Source of the DNA: Thermodesulfobacteriota bacterium
GTDB taxonomy: Bacteria; Desulfobacterota; Desulfobacteria; Desulfobacterales; SURF-7
Direction: 5' to 3'
NCBI GenBank assembly: GCA_049320885.1
Contig: JBMORA010000009.1
Coordinates: 64,001 to 128,000 of the forward strand
Length of the DNA: 64,000 nucleotides
A program made the translations under genes and the position numbers. Numbering within the stretch: the first letter of the stretch is position 1; every line of letters starts with the position of its first letter. Below are positions 9,232 to 18,938 of the stretch, piece after piece. The notes beneath the pieces were generated by a model. The model searched no databases. It was not told where the DNA came from and saw only the letters and a program-made list of their open reading frames with translations.

Positions 9232-9407
9232 GGAGGCCTCCTTTCGTTGGGGTGACGGGTGAGGGGTGGTCAGGAAATCATCGTTGTTTCTCCGAAAGCG
9301 AGTTTTTCTTCAGGCCGCTGGCGCCGCACGATGGGCCGGCCGCAAATCCGGAAGGATAAGCATCCGGTGGTTGCGGGGTTCGAACAGCAAAAGCGGGAAA
9401 TTGGCGG

Positions 9408-9431
9408 AAAGTGAGTGATTGCTCACTCTTT
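9408..9431. promoter_or_regulatory. Palindromic operator upstream of the ceramidase operon
   Basis: AAAGTGAGTGATTGCTCACTCTTT just downstream of a minus-strand TTGACG-17-TATGTA promoter candidate (9466-9438). Confidence 0.5.
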
Positions 9432-9486
9432 CGGTTCTACATATCCGCTCCGTATCGGTTCGTCAAGAAAAATCCAAAAGCGGTTT

Positions 9487-10896
9487 TCAGCCCACCGGCG
9501 GTCTGGGAAGCTGGACGGCGGATTGGAGGCCCAGGGCGACCTCCGATATGATTCCTTTTTCCACATAAATCGGGCGGATGATTTCCCGTAATTCCGGGAG
9601 TTTTTTCAAAAACCATACGGCGCCCGCGAGGCAGAAGACGCCGCCGATCAACAAGGTTCGCGGCGCTCCGATCCGCTCGGCGGTCATGCCCGCCAGAAGG
9701 CTGCCGAAGGGGGCGGTTCCCATGACGCACATGACATAAAAACTCATCACCCGGCCGCGTTTGTCTTCATCCGCAATCGTCTGCAGGATGGTATTGCCGG
9801 AAGCCAATTGCACCATCATGCCGAAACCCGCCAGAACCAGGAGCGGGATGGAGAGCCACAAGAAGGGCGACAATGAGAAACCGATGAGTCCCAGACTGAA
9901 CAGAATGGTCATCAGCGGCAGCACGCGCTCCAATCCGACGACGGTTTTGCGAATCGCCAGGAAAACCGCGCCGCATAAAGCGCCGCCGCCGGCGGCGCTC
10001 ATGAGGAACCCGAAGACATGCGGTCCTCCCCGGAGAATATCCTTTGCAAAAATCGGCAGTAAGACCACATAGGGCAAGCCCATGATGCTGATCACCATGA
10101 GCAGCAGCAGCACGGACCGGATGGGGGCAACGCCGAAAGAATAGGCAATCCCTTCTTTCAGGTCATCCAGCATTTTGTTCGCTGACCGTTTTTTGTCGTT
10201 TGGCGGAATTCTCATGCGCAGCAGGGAGGCGATTACGAACAGATAGCTGAGTCCGTTCAGCAGGAAACAGATCCCTTCCCCGAAAATGGCGATCAAGGCG
10301 CCGGCAATGGCGGGACCCACCAGCCGGGCTCCGTTGAACATGGCCGAGTTCAAGGCGATGGCGTTACCCAGGTCTTCTTTGTTATCGATCATTTCCACGG
10401 TGAAGGCCTGCCGCACCGGTGTGTCAAAGGCGTTGACCAGTCCCAGAAAAGCAGCTAGCAGCAGGATATGGCCGATACGGACGGCGCCGGTCAGCACCAG
10501 GCCGGACAGGATCAGGGACTGCAGCATCGAAAGCAGTTGGGTGATGACCAGCAGTCGACGGCGATTGATCCGGTCCGACAGAACGCCGGCGACCGGCGAC
10601 AACACGAACACCGGAAACAGCCCGAGAAAGGTGACCGCGCCAAGAAGCATTTCGGAAGATGTCAGCCGGTACACCAGCCAGTTCATGGCCACCCGCTGCA
10701 TCCAGGTGCCGATCAGGGATATGCCCTGACCGGTGAAAAACAGCCGATAATTGGGGGAGGCCAGGGTCCGGAAAAGGTGTCGCAGGCGCCCGGCGCCGAA
10801 AGGATGATCCGTTTCGGCGCCGGTATTTTCCTTCCGGTGTGCTTGAGGCGGCGTTTCTGGATTGAAGTGATATTCTTTTTTCAGTCCCTGCCTCAC
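9487..10896 (-). CDS. MFS transporter (MFS_3-like)
   Basis: About 12 TM; GQGISLIGTWMQ, AGVLSDRINRR, NAIALNS, RGRVMS. Confidence 0.9.
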   Translation of the reverse strand: MRQGLKKEYHFNPETPPQAHRKENTGAETDHPFGAGRLRHLFRTLASPNYRLFFTGQGISLIGTWMQRVAMNWLVYRLTSSEMLLGAVTFLGLFPVFVLSPVAGVLSDRINRRRLLVITQLLSMLQSLILSGLVLTGAVRIGHILLLAAFLGLVNAFDTPVRQAFTVEMIDNKEDLGNAIALNSAMFNGARLVGPAIAGALIAIFGEGICFLLNGLSYLFVIASLLRMRIPPNDKKRSANKMLDDLKEGIAYSFGVAPIRSVLLLLMVISIMGLPYVVLLPIFAKDILRGGPHVFGFLMSAAGGGALCGAVFLAIRKTVVGLERVLPLMTILFSLGLIGFSLSPFLWLSIPLLVLAGFGMMVQLASGNTILQTIADEDKRGRVMSFYVMCVMGTAPFGSLLAGMTAERIGAPRTLLIGGVFCLAGAVWFLKKLPELREIIRPIYVEKGIISEVALGLQSAVQLPRPPVG

Positions 10897-12458
10897 CGTC
10901 TGATGTCACCGGATCTTCCTGGCCTGGATTCTCTCGGGGTGGTGGTGCCGCCGGAAACCCGTTCACCCCTGGTTTCCGATCGCGCCTCCCGGCCCCATGT
11001 CGAAGCGGATGAAGATGTCCCCGTTCTTCTCTGCAGGGGTTCCACCGCCGGATTCGTCTTGGGAACCTTGTAGCGGTTGGGGGGTGCGGCTTTTCTGTCC
11101 AATTGATCCAGCGGCCTGGATGCAATCGGCGATCTGGGGATCGCGGTTCTGTTTTGTCCGGAAAATTCGGAAGATGTTTCCGCCGGTTTTCTCATCTTCG
11201 GGTTCTCCCACTGGCGACGCTCCTTGCCGTAGGTGCGGACTTCGTTTTCGCGCTGGCGGATTTCCTTGCGTTCATTTTCGTTCAGCCGCTGATACCGGAA
11301 GGAAGAATCCTTGCGACTCATCGCCTGGTCGACGGGGATGGCGATCTGTCGGCCTCTTCCCGTGGCCGGGGCGCTGTCCTTCCCATAGCGAACGGATGAA
11401 GTGACCCAGCGGGAAGGCCGCGCTTCCTTGTGCTGGCGGCGTTCCTGGAATGTATTTTGGAGACGATGCTCCCATTCGTGATCATGGCGATGAATCCAGC
11501 GTTGATGGGCAAAAATCGGATCGTAGCCGCGCCGCCGTGCATGCAGGGAGAACCATGGATAGATGCCCCTCTGGTAGTATTTGGGCGCATAATAATCACC
11601 GAAATAATAATGGCGGTATCCCGGCCGGATGAAAAGGCAGTCGGAAAATACATTCAGGTCGATGACGAATCCGGGTGAAAACGAGAAGGCCACATGGGTC
11701 AGGACCACCGGCGGGAAAAAAACAGGGGCGAAGATCACGCCGCGCCGGACCACCGGGTAGTCCCAGTATCCGCCGATGAAGACATATCCGCGGGGGGTCC
11801 AGAAATAACGGGCCGGGACCCAAATCCAATCCGGTTGCATTTTGGCCCAGTATCCCGGCCGCCAGACATAACGCCCATGTTTCCAGAGCCAGCATCCCGG
11901 GATCCAGGCGTATTCCGGGGAAGGGGCATTGACATTGGGACCCAGCTCAACGGATTCCGGCGGTTCCGGCAGGTATTCCGTTTCAGTGATCTGGATGCTG
12001 ACCCAGTAACCGGAAATCCACTGGAATCCCTGGTTGCTTTTCCGCCAGTAACCCGGTATCCACTGCCGGCCCGGCGGCGGGACGCGCCACACCCCGCTGA
12101 CCCAGATGAAATCGTTGCGGTCCTCGTCCCAGGACCAGTAACCGGGGATCCATTTGACGTCGCCTTCCGGTTTTTGTTCCGGCGGTGACTCTTCGATGGG
12201 CGGAGGCGCCTCTTTGGGCGCCCGGGCGCCCGGTTGGGGGTCATAGGCCACGGTTTCGGCAAAGGCCTCGTGAATCGGCCCATGGGCCAGCACCTGGACT
12301 TCGTTCTCTCCGGGAGGATTTTCCTCGGCCGCTGTTTGCTGCGGCAATCCGAACCCGATTCCGGCGGCTAGCAACAACACCAACAGACAACGCCAACGAA
12401 TGGCACGTTTCGTGATCATGACCATGACGGATTCTCCTTTAACCATGACAGCCATCAT
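10893..12458 (-). CDS. Exported YXWGXW/WxxGxW-repeat protein with disordered basic C-terminus
   Basis: Signal peptide; WIPGYW, WVSGVW, WIPGYW, WISGYW, WIPGCW, WRPGYW repeats. Confidence 0.8.
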   Translation of the reverse strand: MMAVMVKGESVMVMITKRAIRWRCLLVLLLAAGIGFGLPQQTAAEENPPGENEVQVLAHGPIHEAFAETVAYDPQPGARAPKEAPPPIEESPPEQKPEGDVKWIPGYWSWDEDRNDFIWVSGVWRVPPPGRQWIPGYWRKSNQGFQWISGYWVSIQITETEYLPEPPESVELGPNVNAPSPEYAWIPGCWLWKHGRYVWRPGYWAKMQPDWIWVPARYFWTPRGYVFIGGYWDYPVVRRGVIFAPVFFPPVVLTHVAFSFSPGFVIDLNVFSDCLFIRPGYRHYYFGDYYAPKYYQRGIYPWFSLHARRRGYDPIFAHQRWIHRHDHEWEHRLQNTFQERRQHKEARPSRWVTSSVRYGKDSAPATGRGRQIAIPVDQAMSRKDSSFRYQRLNENERKEIRQRENEVRTYGKERRQWENPKMRKPAETSSEFSGQNRTAIPRSPIASRPLDQLDRKAAPPNRYKVPKTNPAVEPLQRRTGTSSSASTWGREARSETRGERVSGGTTTPRESRPGRSGDIRR

Positions 12459-12501
12459 TGTACACTCCCAATACTACATTTCATTCGGACGCTGCCGCCG
12501 C

Positions 12502-13788
12502 TCATGAAAAGATCCAACCCGGATGGGATTCGGCCCACTCCGCGGCGGTTTGCGGCAGCCATTCCGACAGCGATTTTTCCAGATAAAAGCGGGGTGCCAG
12601 CAAGTCTTCCTCCGGCCCGAGCAGACCCTCGGTGCGCGCGATTTTTTCCAGTTCGGTATGGGGATAAATCCGAATACCGGCGGTAAAACGCATCATCTCC
12701 GGCTGGAGATGTTCGGCAAAAGCCAGGCTTTCCATGACGGTTGCGCGGGTTTCCCCCGGACCGCCCAGCAGTAAAAAGCCCATGCGGCGGATGCCGCGGT
12801 CTTTAAACAACCGGGAGACTTCCGTCACCATCGACGGCGTGAACCGTTTGTTCATGGCCCGAAGGACGGCCGCGGAACCGCTCTCGAATCCCAAGGACAC
12901 CTGCACGCAACCCGAGCGAGCCATGAGATCGGCCAGCTCGTCATCCACGCCGAAAGGGTAGAGAATCGCCTGCCAGCGGATGTCCAGGCGGCTCTTGAGA
13001 ATTTCCCGGCAAAACGCTTTTGCATAGGAAAGCGGAAAATTAAAGGTATTGTCGGTAATGAAAAATTGTTCGAAACCGGCTTCGGCATATTGTCGCAGAA
13101 CGGTTATGACGGATTCCAGGGGCCGTTTTCTCAGCCGCCGTCCTTCGATTGCGGCCGTGGAACAGTAACTGCAGTTCATGGGGCAGCCCCGCCGGGTCTG
13201 GAAGGGCAGCCAAATGGTTTCGGGCTTGAAATCCGGGTGAAGGTTCAATCCGTTTGCGGGAGACGGCAGGGGATGCCTTTCCCAACCCGGCCGTGATCCG
13301 GGATGGACGGGCGGTGCTTCCGTTTTTCCGGTGAACAGTCCGGGAATGCCGTCGATGTCGGCCCTATGCTCTATCCGGTTCAGCAATTCAACGAAGGCGT
13401 CTTCGCCCTCCCCCTGGATGCCCATATCCGCGCCCAGATAGGCGAGAGCGCTACGGGGAAAGATACTGTAACCGGCCCCGCCCAGTACGATGGGGGCGCG
13501 CGACAACCGGCGGCAGGAATCGACGATTTCCTTGACCGCCGGGAGCAAAAAGCGGGTCTGGCGCATGGACTGGTCATCGATGTTGCGTACGGAAATGCCG
13601 ATCACATCCGGCTGGAAGTCGGCAACGGCGCTTTCCAGATGTTTCCCGACATTTTCCCGGGTCATCAGGTTGAGAGCCCGTGTTGCATGGCCGGCATTCT
13701 CCACGGCCTGCTGGACACAGGCCAGACCCAGGGGCATGACCGGCATATTGATTTGTTCCGTATTGGCGGAAACCAGGAAAACCTTCAT
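12502..13788 (-). CDS. B12-binding radical SAM protein
   Basis: N-terminal B12-binding domain (PLGLAC..GISVRNID), RGCPMNCSYC CxxxCxxC motif. Confidence 0.9.
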   Translation of the reverse strand: MKVFLVSANTEQINMPVMPLGLACVQQAVENAGHATRALNLMTRENVGKHLESAVADFQPDVIGISVRNIDDQSMRQTRFLLPAVKEIVDSCRRLSRAPIVLGGAGYSIFPRSALAYLGADMGIQGEGEDAFVELLNRIEHRADIDGIPGLFTGKTEAPPVHPGSRPGWERHPLPSPANGLNLHPDFKPETIWLPFQTRRGCPMNCSYCSTAAIEGRRLRKRPLESVITVLRQYAEAGFEQFFITDNTFNFPLSYAKAFCREILKSRLDIRWQAILYPFGVDDELADLMARSGCVQVSLGFESGSAAVLRAMNKRFTPSMVTEVSRLFKDRGIRRMGFLLLGGPGETRATVMESLAFAEHLQPEMMRFTAGIRIYPHTELEKIARTEGLLGPEEDLLAPRFYLEKSLSEWLPQTAAEWAESHPGWIFS

Positions 13789-14040
13789 CGCTTCCTTGCC
13801 TTTGTTATTCCCTGCAACCGAACATGGCCGCTACTATAGTCCATTTTTGCTGAAAATGCCAACCGGTGTTGATTTTTCCGGTCGATTTTCGGGTGTTCTT
13901 TATCTATCATATTGATTGCATTATAATTGCCGATGAGATAACAGTTGCAATACAGATAGGCGGACAGCGGAGAAGGATTTTTTGAGATATCCTGCCGCCT
14001 TGTCCTGATGAGAAGGCTTAATCCGGATCGGGAGGTAACC

Positions 14041-15024
14041 ATGGAACATCCAATGGGGCTGTTGGAAGAAGTGCGGGGATTCATGAAAAGCCGGATCATT
14101 TTGACCGGTGTGGAACTGGATCTGTTTACCCAGGTGCAGCGCGGGGTGGACACGGCCGAGGGGCTTGCGAAGCAGAACGGTCTTGACCTCCGCGCGCTCA
14201 GACGGCTGATGGATGCCGTTGTGACCTATGGGTTGCTGGACAAACAGGGGGGCCGGTATGCTTTGACTCCGGAAGCCGCCTTTCTGTCCGCCGACCACCC
14301 GGAATCGACACTGCCCATGATGTTGCATATGAATGAACTGTGGAACAATTGGTCCGGCCTTACCGCCGTCGTGACAACAGGGAAAAATCTCCAGCCGGTG
14401 TCCGTATCGAAAAAAACGGAAAAGAACCGGAAGGCGTTTATCGGAGCCATGCACGTGGTGGGTCGCCATCTTTCCAGGGAAATCGCCGGAGCCCTGGACC
14501 TTTCTCCTTATCGAAAAATGGTCGATATCGGCGGCAGCTCCGGTACCTACACCATTGCTTTCTTGCAACGGAATCCCGCGATGAAAGCGGTGATTTTCGA
14601 TCTGGAGCCGGTAATCCCCCTGGCGGAAGAGCGCATCCGGTCGGCGGGCATGCTGGATCGGGTGGAACTGGCGGCGGGGAATTATTACACGGATCCCCTG
14701 CCGGAAGGCTGTGATCTGGCCCTTCTCTCCGCCATTATCCACCAGAACAGCCCGGACCAGAACCGGGAACTGTATGGGAAAATTCATGCAGCGCTGGTCC
14801 CCGGCGGAACCCTGATGATCCGGGATCACATCATGGATGAAAACCGGACGGTTCCTCCGGGCGGAGCGGTTTTCGCCCTGAACATGCTGGTGGGGACCCA
14901 GGGCGGGGATACCTATACGTTTCGGGAAATATCCGGCGACCTTGAAGCCGCCGGATTTTCGGATGTACGTCAGATCCGGAGCGGTGAAAAGATGGACGGT
15001 ATTGTAACGGCTCGAAAACCATGA
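14041..15024 (+). CDS. SAM-dependent O-methyltransferase (dimerisation domain plus Methyltransf_2)
   Basis: VDIGGSSG, AGNYY, LSAIIH, LVPGG; GGAGG RBS. Confidence 0.88.
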   Translation: MEHPMGLLEEVRGFMKSRIILTGVELDLFTQVQRGVDTAEGLAKQNGLDLRALRRLMDAVVTYGLLDKQGGRYALTPEAAFLSADHPESTLPMMLHMNELWNNWSGLTAVVTTGKNLQPVSVSKKTEKNRKAFIGAMHVVGRHLSREIAGALDLSPYRKMVDIGGSSGTYTIAFLQRNPAMKAVIFDLEPVIPLAEERIRSAGMLDRVELAAGNYYTDPLPEGCDLALLSAIIHQNSPDQNRELYGKIHAALVPGGTLMIRDHIMDENRTVPPGGAVFALNMLVGTQGGDTYTFREISGDLEAAGFSDVRQIRSGEKMDGIVTARKP

Positions 15025-15032
15025 TGATTTTC

Positions 15033-15545
15033 CTACCGCAGATAATCATGAATGATATCGTTCATCAGGTATTCGATCTTCTGGCGAACGGTTTTGAGCT
15101 GATTGGAAACCCTGGTGTAACGGGGAGGAGTTTCCAGTTCAGCGGTTTCGATTTGCGGAGAAGCCTTTTGGTCGACGACCAGTTCGACGGAACTTAAATA
15201 AACCGTGCGTTCCAGCACGATTTTCCGCACCCGGACCCAGAGGTAGCTGGCCGCCGGTATCTGCTCCGCCTGCTCGGCAAAGCGGATCCGCGCCAGGTAG
15301 GGCGCCATTTTGGTTTTGATATCATCACGGATTGCCTTCAGGAGCCGGCGGGGATCCTCGGTTCCGGGATCCAGATTTTCCACAGTCACCAGAATCCATT
15401 GAATATTATGGATCATTTTCCGATAGCTGGTATCCCGGCTGTCCGCGGCGTTTCCCCCCGTCACCGGGGGGGCGGCCAGCAGCACCAGCAGGCCGATGAT
15501 CAGGCGTCGAAATGCCTTTTCATGAAGAATGGATAGCCACCACAT
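15033..15545 (-). CDS. Hypothetical exported protein
   Basis: 170-aa ORF with signal-like N-terminus filling the gap between genes. Confidence 0.6.
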   Translation of the reverse strand: MWWLSILHEKAFRRLIIGLLVLLAAPPVTGGNAADSRDTSYRKMIHNIQWILVTVENLDPGTEDPRRLLKAIRDDIKTKMAPYLARIRFAEQAEQIPAASYLWVRVRKIVLERTVYLSSVELVVDQKASPQIETAELETPPRYTRVSNQLKTVRQKIEYLMNDIIHDYLR

Positions 15546-15552
15546 TCCGACA

Positions 15553-16524
15553 TCAACCGGTTAAAAGGTTTTCCGGCCGTTCGCCCCGCAGAGCCCGGGC
15601 GATATTGGCCATGGTCATGTGAATGATCCGCAGTTGGGCTTCATTGGAAACACCGGCGATGTGCGGGGTCAGAATCAGGTTGGGGTGGGGCGAGTTCAGG
15701 AAGGGGTTTCCCGGCCTGATCGGCTCTTCGCTGAAGACGTCCAGCGCGGCGCCGGCGATTCCACCTTTCTGCAGTGCATCCGCCAGGGCCTGTTCGTCCA
15801 CCAACTCTCCCCGCCCCACATTGATCAGAACAGCGGTGGGTTTCAGGGAGGCCAAGGTGGTTGCATTGATCATGTTCCGGGTTTCATCGGTCAGCGGGCA
15901 ATGGAGGCTGATGACATCGGCGACGGCGAAAAGTTCCGCCAGAACCCGATGGGCGGCCCCCAACTCCTTTTCTTCCTGGATTGTCAAGCGTGTTCGGGAA
16001 TAGTAAATCAAATTCACTCCGAATGGCTTCAGCCGTTGGGCCACGGCGCGGCCGATACGGCCCATGCCCACGATACCCCAGGTTTTCCCGCCGAGTTCGG
16101 CCGGGCGGATTTCCAGCTGTTTCCATTCGCCTTGTTGGGTGCTCCGGTTGGCCGCCAGGATTTTTTTCAGCAAGCCGAGACCGCACATGACGGTATGCTC
16201 GGCAACGGCGACGCTGTTGGCGCCGGGGCAGTTGGCCACACGAATGCCCATCCGGGCGCAGGCTTCCAGATCGATATGCTGGTATCCGGCGCTTGGTTGC
16301 TGGATGAGTTTGACATTTCGCGCGGCCCGGACGATATCGGCGGTGATATTGTTTCGAAAGGTGAAATCGCCGACAATGATATCCGCATCGACCACGGCCT
16401 GTTGTATTTTTTCCGCTGACCAGGCGCTGGCGTCCGTCACCTCGACATCATGGATGCCACTGCTTTGCAGGATGTGGACGATGAACTCTTTGGGCAGGGG
16501 CGCCATGGAAACGATTTTTTTCAT
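15553..16524 (-). CDS. D-2-hydroxyacid dehydrogenase family protein
   Basis: VAEH, GIVGMGRIG, HCPLT, INVGRG, ALDVF..EP, TPHIAG. Confidence 0.92.
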   Translation of the reverse strand: MKKIVSMAPLPKEFIVHILQSSGIHDVEVTDASAWSAEKIQQAVVDADIIVGDFTFRNNITADIVRAARNVKLIQQPSAGYQHIDLEACARMGIRVANCPGANSVAVAEHTVMCGLGLLKKILAANRSTQQGEWKQLEIRPAELGGKTWGIVGMGRIGRAVAQRLKPFGVNLIYYSRTRLTIQEEKELGAAHRVLAELFAVADVISLHCPLTDETRNMINATTLASLKPTAVLINVGRGELVDEQALADALQKGGIAGAALDVFSEEPIRPGNPFLNSPHPNLILTPHIAGVSNEAQLRIIHMTMANIARALRGERPENLLTG

Positions 16525-16707
16525 CTGTATCGCCTTTTGGTCGACTATGGTGACGGTGACTTTTTATTTGTTGTATGAAAAAGGCGCGGGGCTGTCAAGA
16601 TTCGGCAGGTGTCTGTCCGCACGTTCCCTGGAATGCAATCTGCTTGACACTCGCAAAGGGATTGGAGATAGTCGGACAATTCTCATCCAAAACCGGAAAG
16701 GGCTTAC

Positions 16708-17226
16708 ATGCTGATACCCTATTGCGAAAAAATTCCGAAAATCGGGAAGAATGTTTTTATCGCCCCCACGGCCGTGATCATCGGTGATGTCGTTATCAGG
16801 GATAACGCCAGCGTCTGGTTCAACACCGTCATCCGGGGCGATTTGGCCGGAATAGTTATTGGAGAAAACACCAATATCCAGGATAACTGCACGGTCCACA
16901 CCGACCATGACAAGCCCGCCGTCATCGGCTCCAATGTAACGGTGGGCCATAATGCCGTCATTCATGGCTGCACCATCGAAGACGACTGCCTGATCGGTAT
17001 CCAGGCGGTCATCCTGAACGAGGCCCGGGTGAAGAAAGGAACGGTGGTCGCCGCCGCTTCACTGGTGAAAGAGGGCCAGCACGTGGGCCCGTTTCAGCTG
17101 GTTGCCGGAGTACCGGCGGTAGTCAAGAGATCCCTGTCGGAGGAACTGGTCCGTAATTATCAGGAGCCGGTTCACAGTTATCTGAAATTGGCGGCGGCCT
17201 ATCAAACCGCGGCGAAGGGCGGATGA
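16708..17226 (+). CDS. Gamma carbonic anhydrase family (YrdA/PaaY-like) protein
   Basis: IRGD, NIQDNCTVH, VGHNAVIHGC hexapeptide repeats. Confidence 0.92.
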   Translation: MLIPYCEKIPKIGKNVFIAPTAVIIGDVVIRDNASVWFNTVIRGDLAGIVIGENTNIQDNCTVHTDHDKPAVIGSNVTVGHNAVIHGCTIEDDCLIGIQAVILNEARVKKGTVVAAASLVKEGQHVGPFQLVAGVPAVVKRSLSEELVRNYQEPVHSYLKLAAAYQTAAKGG

Positions 17227-17243
17227 TAAACGGGGACCGGCTT

Positions 17244-18278
17244 CTACTCACCGGGCGCGGTCAGGATTGTCTCCAGCAGATTTTCGATGGAATCGGTTAT
17301 AATCAGGGCGCTTTTTTTCGTATAGCCGCCGGATAACAGCATGAGAATGGGAATCTCGCGTTGAACCGCGTTGCGGAAAACGATTTCGTCCCGTTTCACG
17401 ATGCCGGCATGGGTGATGCCCATGGCGCCCAGGGGGTCTTCCCTGAAAATGTCCGTTCCGGCATTGTAGATGATAAAGCCGGCCTTGGACAGTTCCAATG
17501 CCTTGGGTAATTCCTGCTCTATCAACTGCAGATACGGTTCATCGGATATATAGGCCGGTACGGGGTATTTGTATTCCACAAAGCGTTGGGCGTAGTCATC
17601 ATTGGGATAAATCTGATCATTATACACGTCGAAAATATGAACCCGCTTCTCGGATTGCAGGATCGTGGATACGCCGTTGCCTTGATGGGCGTCAAGGTCG
17701 ACAACCAGGACCCGCTTTTGGGGATGCAGCTCCAGGAACCTGTATACGGCCAGCGGGATATCCGCATAGAAACAAAATCCTTCACCGGAGTCTGATTTTG
17801 CGTGGTGATATCCGCCGGAAAGGTTGATGGCCCAGCCGTGCTTCAGGGCCAGGTCGACTCCCAGCAGACTTCCGCCGGTTGCATACCGCATGGGTTTCAG
17901 CAGGCAGCGCTGGACCAGAAAATTCGGTGCCAGACGCAACAGCGGCATTTCCGCTATCTGGGCCGCTGTATCGGAATTCTGCAAGGTGTCCAGATATGTC
18001 TGGGTATGGACTTTCCGGAGTTCCGCATCCGTCACGGGCGCGGGTTGATAAATCCGGAAGAGGGACAATCCCCGCCTTTCCACCAGGCGCTCGAAGACGC
18101 GGCCGTATTTTTTGGAATCAAAGGGATGGAATTTTTCGAACCCCAGGAAGGAGATGTTATATTTATCCGTATAAATAATGGGGATTCGTTCAGGTTTCAT
18201 CTCCTTTGACTGTCCGGTCTGAATCGAGATGAAAAGAGTTGACAGCAGCACTCCTCCGAAAACCGGCAAATAGTTCAT
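17244..18278 (-). CDS. Class IV (HDAC11-like) histone deacetylase family protein
   Basis: YNISFLGFEKFHPFD, WAINLSGGYHHA, GFCFYAD, DLDAHQGNG, YNAGTD, SGGY; start uncertain (18278 or 18200). Confidence 0.88.
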   Translation of the reverse strand: MNYLPVFGGVLLSTLFISIQTGQSKEMKPERIPIIYTDKYNISFLGFEKFHPFDSKKYGRVFERLVERRGLSLFRIYQPAPVTDAELRKVHTQTYLDTLQNSDTAAQIAEMPLLRLAPNFLVQRCLLKPMRYATGGSLLGVDLALKHGWAINLSGGYHHAKSDSGEGFCFYADIPLAVYRFLELHPQKRVLVVDLDAHQGNGVSTILQSEKRVHIFDVYNDQIYPNDDYAQRFVEYKYPVPAYISDEPYLQLIEQELPKALELSKAGFIIYNAGTDIFREDPLGAMGITHAGIVKRDEIVFRNAVQREIPILMLLSGGYTKKSALIITDSIENLLETILTAPGE

Positions 18279-18666
18279 TTTTCTTCTCCACCAGCATGGT
18301 TGCAATCGGGATGTCCGCGGGAGCCAGTTTGTATTGCAGAAGGGTTCCCAGCGGTGCCCAGGAGTATTGATCATGCACTTTCAAGGTGAAACGAGTTTCC
18401 CGGAGAGTGGTCAGGATCGCCAGCAGGCGGATGGCGCCATGGGCATAGAGGTATTCGCTTTCCGCAATGATTTCGGTTGCGGTTGAGGAGACGCCCAATT
18501 CTTCCAGCAGTTCCCGCTCCAGGCATTCCTGGGGGGTTTCGCCCTCTTCGATTTTGCCACCCGGAAACTCCCAGAATCCGGCCAGTTTTTCTCCAGGACC
18601 ACGACGGGTGATGAGCACCGTGTTTCTTTTCAGAATGATGGCGGCCGTAACGGTTTTGACAGTCAT
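18190..18666 (-). CDS. MutT/NudG-like NUDIX (d)NTP pyrophosphohydrolase
   Basis: WEFPGGKIEEGETPQECLERELLEELG Nudix box; LAPAD. Confidence 0.9.
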   Translation of the reverse strand: MTVKTVTAAIILKRNTVLITRRGPGEKLAGFWEFPGGKIEEGETPQECLERELLEELGVSSTATEIIAESEYLYAHGAIRLLAILTTLRETRFTLKVHDQYSWAPLGTLLQYKLAPADIPIATMLVEKKNELFAGFRRSAAVNSFHLDSDRTVKGDET

Positions 18667-18938
18667 TGCAATCCTTTTTCGTGTCGGGCAACGGGAAATA
18701 TCATCGTGCAGGTGCGCAAGGGATAAGACAGCATATTCCAAATCCGGATAATCGTAAATCCATTTTCCGGGGTCTGGAAGAGGAACCCGCTTGCCGTTTC
18801 AGAAAAGCCGGTCCAGGACCGTCCGTGTCTGGCGGCGAGGAAGATGGGGATGCTATTTCCCTTGAACAAAGCGGAGCGGTTTGTTAGAAAAACAGCTGGT
18901 ACGCTTGAAACATCAACAACCGGGCCCATGATACCGTT

